DNA of 64,000 nucleotides from Eledone cirrhosa (Eukaryota): NCBI GenBank assembly GCA_964016885.1, contig OZ024740.1, positions 336,970,001 to 337,034,000 of the forward strand, read 5' to 3'. Shown piece by piece: positions 51,910 to 64,000 of this stretch (position 1 is its first letter; each line of letters starts with the position of its first letter). The notes under the pieces were generated by a model. It saw only the letters and a program-made list of their open reading frames with translations, ran no database searches and was not told where the DNA came from. The position numbers and the translations under genes were made by a program.

Positions 51910-54900
51910 ATGAACTCGATGACGTACAGCAAGGTAAGTTACACCCCACCTGCTCTCTTTCTCCCTATCACTTGTCAACACAAACACACACACATAAGTA
52001 TTCTGTAAAATATACAAGAACAAATATTTTCTCTTTATTTCTCTCTTTTTCACATACACTCATAGCAGCCGCTCTCCACTTGTTGCATTCCTTTGCCATC
52101 TTCTGTGTAAAGTTCAGCAGTTTAAGATCCACCTCTGCCCTGGTTTTTCTTTGTATTCCTATATTGCAGCTTCCACTGGAATCTGCTGGTACTTTTTCAC
52201 TCAGCATTCACTGTCCATACACATCATATTCAAACCAGCAGTTTTCTCTCCTGCACACTACATCTGATACTTCTTGTATCCTGTTTTTTTTCTCAGTTCA
52301 TCCATGCGTTGTCATGCAGCATGCACACTAGCATTACATGTATAAAAAATAGAACCTAGTAAGAGAGTGATAGATGCAAAACAAATAAAAAGTGCCATCC
52401 GTATAATGTGTGAAAGTAGCAATGTGGCACAAAAAAACTATTAATAATATGATGTGGTAGAGGAAAAGATAGATCAAGGACTAAGTAAGAAATTTAGGAT
52501 CAAAGTTGAAAAACAGTCCAGCTTCATTAAAAAGAAGCTGTTATTGAAAATGACTGTTGTAAGATTCTGTATTATTTCTCTAAGTGAGAACCCCACCCCC
52601 AAAGAGCTCTCTTGAATGCTTGCAATAAAGTGTACTCCACTAAAAGCATTCAAGGGCTGCCAGGTGGTGTTGTTAAATAAAATAAAGGTGGTCTTAGATG
52701 GATTAGTATTGAAAGGGCTAGTACCAATTTTGTAATATATATTTTCATTGTTGTAAAAGTATTTTTATTCTGAAAGACTGATTGAAACTGTAACCTTCTT
52801 GTTATTCATTTTCCAGAGTTGTTGTTTAGCCCTCAGGTTAACCTTGATTGAGCAAAGGTATTCTAACCATGACTATCCTGGTTTTTAAGGGTATCTAGGA
52901 CTACTTTATCCAATGTTGTCCATTTTTGTTTAAGACAGTGAGGTTTGGCATCAGTACTACCTCATTATAACACTAAGTGCTCAGTGTCCTTGGTCTGGCT
53001 GAGGAGGTATCGATGGACGTGGTGTGTATAAATGGGTGCAGGCCATATGGTACTTGCCAAGATTGGCAGGATACAGACATACCACGTAGAAGTACTTGAC
53101 AATTTGGCCATAGCTCAGAGAAACCCCAGGCATAGAAAGTACCTACCATCTTGTTTAATTAATTTAGTTATGTTTGTGACTATTTTATTTGTGCCAATTT
53201 GATCCCTACTTCCACCATCAATTATCTGTTTGTTAGTAAAAGGGCGAGGGCTTCATTGAGCATGGGATTAGATGTTTTAAAGGATTGATTATATAAGTAC
53301 CAATAATATCATCATGATCAAGATCCTCGTTTAACATTTATTTTCTATGCTTGCATAGACTAGACAGGTTTTCACGTATTGAGGCTAGACTGACCAAGTG
53401 ACCATGTCTTGCTTATATGCTGTCTTTGGCTTCTGACTTGATGCCCTTCCTTGGGAACATGGTTTTTATGGTTGGATACCCTTCCTAACACCAACCACTT
53501 TACAAAGTGTACTGGGAGCATTTTATTGGGATTCTGGCACTATCATTTTACAGCTTACATGATGGACTGGCTGCTTTCATCGTGGCACCAGTATTACCAC
53601 TACAGTGGGTTGGGTGTATTATCGTGATATCAGCACTACCTCATTATAACTCTTAAGTGCTCTGTGTCATTAGTCAGGCTGAGGAGGTATTGATGGGTGT
53701 GGGGTGGGTATAAATGGGTTCAGGCCACATGGTACTTGATGAAATTGACAAGATATAGACATACCACGGTGAGAGTTCCAGGCCATGAAGCAAATGGATA
53801 TTGTTTGATATTTTGGGGTGTGCCTGGTTTTCCTTGGTCTAAAGGAGAAGGGTCTAGGCTATATGATAGTTGCGAAGGTATGTGTGTGTGTGTGTGTGTG
53901 GGGGGGGGGGGTCAACAGACCATGAGTAAGGAGGTGCAGTCATGCAGGTATCTTTGAAGCAAATGGAGGTGCCTGACTTGAACAGAGAAAGTGAATCAGA
54001 CAAGATTCATCCTAGCATGGGTTGGATAAAGATGATGAAGCAGGGAAGTCAGGGACCTGAAAATAGTTCTATCTCTCTGCTTCTTTAGGTTTAGTGCAGG
54101 GGAAGGTAGAGGGAGTCTGAAGCATACTGGCAAGGGAAGTGAAGAGTAATTGGGAGTATACTGGCAAGAAAAGGAGGGGGAGAGGGTCTTGAATGTTGTA
54201 CCACCTTTTTGCTGTTTCGTGTTCAGAAAGGTAGGAGGGAGTATACTACCACGTAGGGCCATCCTCCTTGTGCAGGAAGGAGAGTCTCCTGTAGTAAACA
54301 TTATCATTTAATTTGATCCAGTTTATTTTCATCCTGTCCTCTGCCCTACACAGAATCCCTCCTACCACCAACAGTTTCTGATAGACCAATCAAACAGTTT
54401 TAGCATGAAGCTGACAAGCATATTAATGATAATTAAGGATTATAGCAGTTTTCTTTAAGATTAGCAGAATAGTATGGGAAACCAATTTAGAAAGAGGAAT
54501 TAAAACAATTGACTATAACCCTGCATTGCATGGCCAAAAAAGGTGTCCTTATTTAACAACATTAGTATTTTTCTGACAGTTTTAACCCTTTTGATACTAA
54601 ACTGCTTCTAAGATAGAAAACCATTTGTTTTAAATTCAAAACTTCTATCATAACTTTATGTAAGAAAATTTGTTAAGTTATACCACAAATACCAGCTTAA
54701 TAATATATGACTAAATCCCTCAAAATCAATTGAATATCATAAGCTGTGTTTTTCATTAGAAATATGGTAACAAAAGGGGTAATTGATGCTACTGTCTGAA
54801 ATGTTAAGTGATTATTTCTGTGTAGAATTCCAAGATATATTCTGATGCTTTGCTAGTTAATTCCAAGACCCCAAATGGTTTATTGATTCATGAACTGTAA

Positions 54901-57020
54901 TTATATTTTGTTTGTTTCTGATTTGGAATGTAGAGTTGTAGTAAAAAGAAATGAATATATTGATTTTTGTTCACATCAGCTACAGCTGCAGGAATCCAAT
55001 AATTAAAGCGTATAATTCTTTGAAATATTAAGCCAGAATTTGTTCTTGGAAACAAATAAAAGGATCAATTGTGATTAAATAGATTGGAAGTTGACCAAAA
55101 TCCACTCTATGTCACTAATTTGGCAGCTGGTTGTAGTCCAGACAACATTTACAATCTAGATAGGATTGATTCAAATTCTAGAATATTGGCTTTTATCCCA
55201 AGAATTGAACTCGCATTGACTTCTCAGACCAGTGGTTTCCAAACTTTGCACCTTGGTGCACTGATGAGCTTCCAGATGTAATTAGGTGTATCATGAAAGA
55301 GCAAGATTCTATTTCAATGTGAAAAATGATAACTGAAATTTGTAATCAAGTTCATTTGTAACTATCAAACATATTTGCCAAAATCAAAGTGGATGTTTTT
55401 AATTGATAACTTTGTTCCATTTCTTCATTAAATAAGGGAGTATAAATAATTTTTCTGTACTTTTAATTCTTTATATTTATACTTTCTGCTATGCAAAATT
55501 CGAAAATCCATTTGAATGGATTTTCGAATTTTGGTACAAAGTGCACCCAAATACTTTTATTTATTGTAAAGTGTGCCATGAGTAAATAAATATAGGATCC
55601 TTTCTCTTAGAGAGTTTTGTTCTATAACTTATCAGGCATCAATGAGGACTTCTTTTTATATAGTATATATAGAAAACAAGCATGGATATGTGGTTAAGTT
55701 TGCTTGTGGTCCCAGACTAGATCCCACAGCAGAGAAAATGTGGTTTTAATTTAATCTAGAATACAGGACCATCTAAAATAAGACTCCTTTCGAAGGTTAC
55801 TCATATAGAATGAGGCAACTACAAAATAAACGATCAAATTTCATACTATGGAAACCCATTTAGTACCAACATAAAATCTTACTAGTGGCTCAACACTAGT
55901 GATATATATTTATATAAAAATATATAAAGTTACAGATATTTTACTAAGCTTTTCAAAAGTTTGATTATATTGAGAATTGAAATACTGGCAGTTTAGTGAT
56001 TATAAACAGTCTTGAAAGTGCTAATAATTGCTTCTATTTTTGGCAATTATCCCAGTGTATTACTGGTGCTTTATTTGCACTGGGAATAATTGCTGGTCTT
56101 AAGTATAGTAAATAGATATTTGACCATCACTTATGTTTTACATCCATTTTTTAATACATATATTGGTAGGATGCTTTAACACTTCCGTTTCCATATTTAT
56201 AAAAAAAAGCACAATGCCTATGGTTTTCAAATAATTAAGAATTTAGAAGGATTTAGTAATTTAACTAGTTTTCTCACTATTAAGTTGGTGGATTGGCAGA
56301 GATTTGTGTTGGATAAATGCTTAGCAGTATTTATCCCAGTTCTTTATTGAGTTCAAATCTGACAGAGGTCAGCTTTGCCTTTCATCCTTCTGAGGTCAAT
56401 AAAATAAAGTACCAGTTAACTGACTTCCCTCCTAACCCCAAATTGCTGGCTTTGTGCCTGTTAGAAATCATTATTAAATTGACATTTGGAACATAAGTTC
56501 TTACATAAAATTATGATGGAAGGTTTTTAGATAAATATAAACATATATGATAAATCCAGAGACAAATTTATCATTAGTTGTTAGACCACTTGATTTTACA
56601 GCTAAATATCCTTCCTATTGTTAACCATTCATCCAATGTGTAGTCAGTGGTCTAAAACTCTAACCAAATAGCCACTGAATCTCTTATACACAAGCTGAAT
56701 AATAATGTAACTATAATTATTTTCTCTCATGTTTTTTTCTTCCTATTCATTCACAGGTAACTATTGTCTTGCTACTTTACTACATATCAACAGCAAACAT
56801 CATCTCTCATGGATATGAAGGACATGTCTGTAACCCACGCTTTGCCCAACAATACTGTCTGATGGGTTGCTTGAGCTGTATGGAATACTATGGAGTACAA
56901 GTTTATGACCTTGCTCACTGTTGTTATGATTGCCAGGTGACTGGGGCTCGTTTGATTGACAATGGTCCAGATAAATGCTCCATGAAGTACATCAGAGATA
57001 CTTACCGAACACAGGAGTGA
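51910..57020 (+). CDS. Secreted 8-cysteine peptide precursor, eclosion-hormone-like (95 aa, two exons)
   Basis: Exon 1 coding 51910-51933 (MNSMTYSK|gtaagt) joins exon 2 56757-57020 after a polypyrimidine/cag acceptor, both phase 0. Hydrophobic signal VTIVLLLYYISTA; Cys spacing C-x8-C-x3-C-x2-C-x13-CC-x2-C-x14-C; AATAAA at 57216-57221. Confidence 0.8.
54582..54782. mobile_element. piggyBac-type MITE family 2 (related ends near 2836, 32790, 47639, 47786)
   Basis: TTAA|CCCTTTTGATAC...GGTAACAAAAGGG. Confidence 0.6.
56757..57020 (+). CDS. Main coding exon of the EH-like Cys-rich peptide
   Basis: Open frame VTIVLLLYYISTANIISHGYEGHVCNPRFAQQYCLMGCLSCMEYYGVQVYDLAHCCYDCQVTGARLIDNGPDKCSMKYIRDTYRTQE* in non-repetitive DNA. 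Confidence 0.85.
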   Translation, partial: VTIVLLLYYISTANIISHGYEGHVCNPRFAQQYCLMGCLSCMEYYGVQVYDLAHCCYDCQVTGARLIDNGPDKCSMKYIRDTYRTQE

Positions 57021-57399
57021 CGCAGCTGCTTGGGAGTGGAGTATGACAAGAAAGAAATGCTTTACTATACATGGATTTAATAATGACATTCCAACCTCAA
57101 AACTAACTCTGCAAATGGAGATTATACATATTATGTCCTTATAGTTTGAAAGTAGAATCTATAAAGTTTATGGCTCTAAGAGTTCCCCACAGGAACAGTA
57201 TATATAGATAATATTAATAAACTATTGGATGGTAGATTGCAAACAGGTTTACGTGTTTTCTTTGTTATCCTTTTCATATCAAAACAAAATGTAGGGAGTT
57301 AAAGTAGGTTTACTCTCTTTTTAAATTTGATGAAGACGAACACCGACTATGGTCAATGAGATGGAGTCAAGAAGTTAGTACAAATAGTACATAGCTTAG

Positions 57400-58575
57400 A
57401 AAGTTTAGTATGTTGCAGTGCAGTGGGTATCATGCAACAGCAAAAGAGTGAAATATTTGGGTGATGTGAGTGGACACAGCATGTTGAAAGGCCAGGGATA
57501 GTTGGTGCTTTTTTTCTCTCTTCTGAATGTGTAGGGATAGTTGGTAGTATGAGCATCAGTAAAATAAGCTTTTTTCAATCCCAGGAAGACCCTATAGAAG
57601 TAGCTGATAGCTTTTGTTACCAAGGTGATCCAATTTGGAGTGAAGGAGGTTACACTGAGAGCATAGTAGCTAGAATAAGAACAGGATGGAAAAAGTTAGG
57701 AAGCTACTACCTCAGTTGGTAACAAAAAGTTTCTCTCTATGAATGAAAGGCTAGCTGTATAATACATGTATATGATGTTGCAGTAGTGAGGCATGAGCAG
57801 TGAATGCAGAGGATATGTAAAGTCTAGAGATAAAGGAAGCAAGCATGCTTCAACAAATGTGCAATGTTAATGATGAAGCATGGATGAGCTGAGAGAAAAG
57901 CTAAGTATAAAAGGAATCAGATATAGTGTGTAGGAGAGATGAGTGCACTGGTATCGACACGTGATGTGTATGGATGATGATCGTTGAGTGAAGAAGTGCC
58001 AACAAATCAGTTGAAGGAAGCTACAGTAGAGGGAAACCAAGGAAGACATGGGCAAAGATGGTAAGAGCTGATCCCAAATCACTGAAGCTCACAGAGATGA
58101 TGAAAGAACAATGAATGGAGGGATGCTGTGTTGGAAAAGACCCATGCAACCAATGCAAGTATGGAGAAGTAGATGTAAAATGATGATTATGATATCTATT
58201 GTGACAAAGGTGAAGGATATAGTATTAGTTATAATGTAGATTGTAAATTATAGTATGTATAAACACAGATGGGTTGAGATAAAAACTCAGTATAAGAGGA
58301 ATCAGATGCAGTGTGGAGAAGAGAAGATTGTTGTGATACAGGCAAGTAATATGTATAGATGATGATTGTAGAATGAAGAAGTGCCAGGAATTTCATGTTG
58401 AAAGAAGATATGGTAGAGGTAGACTAAGAAAGACTTAGGCAGAGATGGTGACAGTGGATATCAGGTTCTTGAAACTCACAAAGGAAAGAGACAAGGGGAA
58501 GGATGTTGTGTCGGAGAGGACTTATGTAATTAATACAAGCCTGGAGAAACAATCGTGATGATGATGATGATGATA
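57400..58575 (+). mobile_element. Old degenerate RTE LINE 3' fragments
   Basis: Decayed homology to the RTE C-terminus (agaacaggatggaaaaag; aaggaagcaagcatgct; TGA tails). Confidence 0.7.
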
Positions 58576-60808
58576 AATGAAGTAGATTATATAATTTGGG
58601 AATTGATTTAGAGGGAGAATGAGATATAGTTCTGGAAATATATAACATTTGGTTTTTGGTTTATTGTTAAATAGCACCAGATTATATGGCAAATGGAGGT
58701 CTTCACTGATGGAAGAAATAGATGTTCAGTGAGGTATGCTGATATTAACAATGAGGTGTTGTATTTAAAAGAGAGTTGTGCCATCTGTATGATTACTTTG
58801 GGTCAAAGATGACCGATAGACACTTGATGATGAATATTGGAGAAATACTTACAATGGCACACTGAAAGTACATCACTGATGCTATGAATGAGGAAGCTTT
58901 GTAACTAGAGGTTTACAAGCTACATTCTGTGAAGCTTTATCAAATGTAAAAGCCTTCTTTTCATCATGTATTTTTAGGACCAACACTTTACAGACTCAGT
59001 CAACTGTGATTCCACAATATCCCTAATGAGAACTATTATAAACATATTACATTTATTTTAGTATGGTTGACAAAATATACCAGATTTCAGTATTTGCTAA
59101 CTGTTGAAGGAAGAATCTTCTGGAGCTTTGATATCCTTTCTGAAACAGGGGCAGTACTGTGGTCAAACCAGGCAACCTGAGCCAAACATAATTATGTAGC
59201 TAGTACAAAACAGAGATTGAAGCAAAATTTCAAAATATGAAATTTACAGGAAGATGAAAAAGAGGATTCTATAATGGTAATTATTGAGATAGAAAAAATG
59301 TCTTGACAGTCAGATGTAATGAAATATAATGAATCAACTATACTGAAGTGTTTAGACAGTTTATATGAACAACAATGTCCAGATAAGATCAGAAAAAAAA
59401 ATAAAATAAAAATAAAAATAAAAACAACAAACCCCCTTGATTATATTCTTGACTGGAAAAAGATTTCTTTGATAACATTTTACTGTATAATGTTGAGATG
59501 GACAGATATGTGTAGGAAATTCATTGACATACACACACGCACACACATTCACATACACACAATGTTTGAATATTTCATGAAATTTCCATTTCAGTCTTTT
59601 CTTTCTTTGTTTAACCATTTTAACCATCCCACATGTTTGTTTATGTTCCCTAAATATGAGTTATGGAACACATAACTCCCATATTCATAGCTTAACCATT
59701 GTCTGAGTTTAAACATGATAACTAATGCCATGCAAATACAAACTGCACTGTGATTGGCTGTTTGAGTGAATTCTCTTTCTCAGTATGGGAGAGATTGGGT
59801 CAATGACCTTGTCTGACCTGATATAATGCAATATTCTAGCGTCTGCACAATATGTTGAAACAGGACTGTCTGCAGATTTAAAATTACTGAATATTAAATG
59901 TACAAGAAAAAATATATCGCCTTAAATTATTATTGACTGTAAGAATTTAAGGGGAAGGATGAGGGGCACAAAATATTTCTCATGTTTTTCTGTGCTACAT
60001 ATGAAAGAACCCAGTTCCATATATATTATATTATTCGTTATTATAGTCAGTTGAGAGAGATTTCAAGTTTTGTCTCTAGTAGCTTCAACCAGACCTGTAC
60101 TGGTTAAGTAAGTGATGAAAGGCAAATGTTGAATCCCTAGTCAATCTGTCAAGATTTATAATAAATTGACTCAACTGTACAAGTATTGTATCCTTTCATT
60201 CAATAAATGTTTGTTATTTATAAATTTTATGTGAACAACCCCAACAGAAATGTTTCAAGTTTTTATCAAGTCCCCAATCAACTGAAATTGAAACAGCCCA
60301 CTGTTGGGACTATACTTTATATCTACATCTACTCTGCAACCATATATGCATCAAGTAATATGCTGATTTGCAGTCTTCCCATTCTTTGAACTTTGAACAC
60401 TATATACATACATATACAGACACACATACACACTGTATATACTAGTGTATAAGTTGCACCTCAATTTTTCATAAAACATTTACAATGCACCATATATTTT
60501 GAATTGAGGTTTTGAGGTTTGTACTTAAAGTAGATAAGTCATATGTTACTTTTTCACATGACATATTTGAATGTATATATATATATATATATAATCATTT
60601 AATGTCCATTTTCCCTGCTGGCATATATGTGTATGTGTGTTTATGAGGAAGATGATTTATTTCACATTGTTTTTCATGGTAAGACTGGGGCCCTGATCAT
60701 TAAAAGACCCAAGAAACTTTCTCTGAGATGCAACTTCATAAGAGCTCAGCTAAACCTGCATAGGTGTGAGCTGCAGACATTTTCATTTTATGTATGTATA
60801 TATATATG

Positions 60809-60843
<35 letters not shown>

Positions 60844-60855
60844 TTTCATTTTATG

Positions 60856-60896
<41 letters not shown>

Positions 60897-61134
60897 TTAT
60901 ATCTCACACACACACACACACACAAGCATGTAAATCATAAGAAAATTAAAAGAGAATTGTTTTGATCTAGTATGGGTTGTTCAAATGCCTGGAATGAGTA
61001 GTAACTAGTAATGGTAGTGAAATGGTTAATATGTCACGTGATCAGCTTTAAAATGTTCAATGAATCAATAAAAAACATCATGAGGGAAATAAAAATTTAA
61101 AATAAGAAGGGAGAAAAGAATGGAGATAAAAATA

Positions 61135-61515
61135 TATCTAGAGACATGTCACCATATATTTTGGTACCTGTCATCATATATTTAGATACATGCCATCATA
61201 TATCTTGGTATGTGTTATCATATACCAAGGTACATGTCATCATATATCTAGGTATGTGTTATCATATACCAAAGTACATGTCATCATATATCTAGATATG
61301 CGTTATCATAAACCAAGGTACATGTAATCATATATCTAGGTTTATGTTATCATATACAAAGGTACGTCATCATATCGAGGTATGTGCCATCATGTCTAGG
61401 TATATGTTATCATATACCAAGGTACATATCATCATATATCGAGGTACGCGCAATCATATGTCTAGGTATATGTTATCATATACCAAGGTACATGCCATAT
61501 ATCTAGGTACATCTA
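61135..61515. repeat. ~21-22-bp minisatellite with alternating subunits, downstream of the ZCCHC8 stop
   Basis: tatatctaggtatgtgttatca alternating with tataccaaggtacatgtcatca. Confidence 0.85.
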
Positions 61516-61615
61516 AATGAGAATGTATGGATAAAAAAAACAAAAAAAAACACAGGGTGAAAAGAAATAAAACCGAGTTGATAAATTCTATAAAATAATG
61601 GAAACCATCATGAAA

Positions 61616-62256
61616 TCAAGACTTATTTCTAGACTTGATTTTTTGGAAAACTTGTCTCATTCGGTTGTAGGTGCCAGTGGACTGAGGCAGGTTCTCAAAA
61701 GGTATGTGATCTTGGATACCAACTGAAAAGTTTGTTCTATCTGGTAATGTGGGGAATGGACCTTTATTCTGATTGACTGGCGTACCATAATCTTTTCCCA
61801 GAGACTGGCACATTGATGGAGATGAGGATGATGCAAAGCCATCCGAGGCTGCCTGGCTGTTACTACTCTCATCACTTGATAAAACAATGGAATTCGATTC
61901 TGATGCTTTTATCTGACTCTCAGAACTTGGCTGACTGTCTGAGTCTTCTTCTTGAAGCTGTTTCTGGAGACATCGGTACTGTGCTTCAAGATCTTCCAAA
62001 GAATCGGAACTGAGGGCAGCGTCAGATTTAGGTCTTGGTAGGCAGAGAGGCTTTCTTTTAGTGGTGTTTTCTGTTTTAGTGCTCTGTTTTGATGGCTGAT
62101 TCTTAGGAGAGAATTTGGATTCTGAACTTGATGATGGAGGTGTGTCAGAAGGAAGTGGTGGTTTCGAAGGAGGAGTATCAGATGGCAGAGGTGGTATGAA
62201 ACAGTTAGTTTCAGCTAAGCGACATGTCCCAAGATCTTCATAGTAAGGGAAACTCT
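61616..62256 (-). CDS. ZCCHC8: ZCCHC8-like (NEXT complex scaffold) terminal coding exon; rest of the gene lies beyond the window
   Basis: Acceptor ttcatacag; open frame FIPPLPSDTPPSKPPLPSDTPP...LPDRTNFSVGIQDHIPFENLPQSTGTYNRMRQVFQKIK* resembles the conserved ZCCHC8 C-terminal MTR4-binding motif (PD...F..GI...FEN...STG.Y..R). Confidence 0.85.
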
Positions 62257-62974
62257 CTGTATGAAGTAAAGAAAAGAAATAACATCAATGGAAAAGTGAA
62301 AAATGAAAACAGAACAGGTAGTACCTCTAAGTAACATCCAACACTTTTCAAATTTAACATTTCAAGGCATCAAACATGTGATTTAAATCCCAGATGAAAG
62401 TGACTTAGGCTTTTTATCCTAAGATGTGTACAAGTTATGTACAGAGTTGACATAACTAACTATAACCCCTTTACAAAAAAAAAAAAAAAAAAAAAATGTG
62501 GCCTTAGGCACATGTTAGAAATTGTTAGTTTCACTGAATGATAACAGTTCTAAGACTTGTTTTATGTCTTCTAAATGGTTTGGGTACTTGGTGAGTCTAT
62601 AGAGTGTCATATTAAATGCTTTGTAGTATTTCTCCTAACTTTTTGCACCGAGTTCAAATCCATTTTTTTGTCATTGGAAAAATGGCGACATGATATAGGA
62701 CTAGGGCCATCTATCATTAAAACAACCATAAAAACCCCTATGAGAAGCAACCTCGTAAGAGGCCAGCTAAACCTAAGCAGGTGTGAGCCATAACATGTAT
62801 TCTACGATCAAAGCAGGACTTAGGTTGCCATTTAGTGCAAGAAGAATTTATGAATTTGAAGATATAAACTGTTTTATTTGAAAATTGTTATGAGATTGAA
62901 TCTCATCAAGATTGCTGTGCTGAGTTGTTTCAATAATGCACTGAGCATCACCATTTTGTAGAGAATAAATTTTA

Positions 62975-63190
62975 TTAACCCTTTAGCATTTACACTGGCT
63001 GTATCCAATCAAAATTTTCTCACTTCTTTCTGTTCAAACCAGCCATAACCAGCTGCTCATACTTTTGTTAAAGTATTATTTGCAAAATAAATAATATCAA
63101 AATCTTGTAGATTCGATATTCTGTGAGATAAAGTGTTTACTATGAAAATACGATAGTAAATACAGAGTAATCTAAATGTTAAAGGGTTAA
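62975..63190. mobile_element. piggyBac-type MITE family 1
   Basis: TTAA-flanked TIRs. Confidence 0.87.
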
Positions 63191-64000
63191 ATTAAATAAA
63201 CCACACGACAAAATATGCTGATGTGAGTTTGAATCATTTGCAAAAATCTAGTTTTCCCATGTCATACATTTGAATACAACAATAGATAGGTTATGAAACA
63301 TATACACTCATATACATAGACTAGCAGAAAAACATGCAGAGGTCAGTATTTCAACCAATATATATGCATGTAAAGGCACATTGGTTTAGTGGTTAGGGTG
63401 TCCAGCTCAGAATTGCAAGCTCATGAGTTTGATTCCTGGTTTGCACTGAGTCTTTGAACAAGACACTTTATTTCACATTGCTTCAGTCCATCTAGCTGAT
63501 ACAAATGAGTTATACATGAAATTTAAAGGACCAGCCTTATCACACACTATGTCACTCTGAATCTTCCTGTGACCTGCATTAAGGGTACATGTGTTTTTGG
63601 AATGCTCGGTCATTTGCATGTAAATTTCATGAGCAGGCTGTTCCATTGATCAAACAACTGCAACACTTGTCGGAACTGACGGAGGTCTAATATACACACA
63701 AACATAGTTACATGATGACGATAATGATTTCTACTATAGGCACAAGGCCAGCAATTTGGGGAGGAGGAGGAGGGGAAGTCGATAAAATCGACACCAGTGC
63801 ATTACTGGTTCTTTATTTTATCGACCCCATAAGGATGAAAGGCAAAGCTAACCTCGGTGGGATTTGAACTCAAAATGTAAAGGGCCATAACTCTATACTG
63901 CAAAGTATGGTGTTTGACGCTCTACCGATACTGCCAATCCACTGCCCTGATTGATGATGATGATGTGAGAGAAATAGAAGAGGGGAGAGAGAGATAAAGA

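Noticed and set aside
51972-52331. 119-aa hydrophobic ORF near the EH-like first exon
   Set aside because: It lies just after the GTAAGT donor (intronic), has low-complexity composition and a non-ATG start, and shows no recognisable motif.
55261-55300. CTGATGAG...GAAA as a hammerhead core
   Set aside because: No complementary stems II or III could be formed around the core.

Overview
AT-rich, repeat-dense animal genomic DNA, probably from an octopus/coleoid cephalopod. That assignment is an inference from the SINE/RTE repeat types and not a database result. Four protein-coding genes can be reconstructed by hand from splice signals. (1) POLA2 (DNA polymerase alpha subunit B), + strand, 16 coding exons at 1408-27815 with the 5' exons outside the window; it contains a U12-type minor intron at 1497-2765. 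(2) A complete RAD51, - strand, 9 coding exons at 28424-40806 giving 339 aa, lying tail-to-tail with POLA2. (3) A two-exon, TATA-driven gene for a 95-aa secreted 8-Cys peptide with an eclosion-hormone-like cysteine framework, + strand, 51910-57020. (4) The last coding exon of a ZCCHC8-like gene, - strand, 61616-62256. Introns and intergenic DNA hold a near-full-length RTE LINE with a PHD-type finger inside the RT ORF and many RTE 3' fragments. They also hold a CR1-like fragment, an internally deleted long-TIR mariner, a Penelope-like relic with a degenerate hammerhead ribozyme, piggyBac-, hAT- and Tc/pogo-type MITEs, tRNA-derived SINEs, minisatellites and palindromes.
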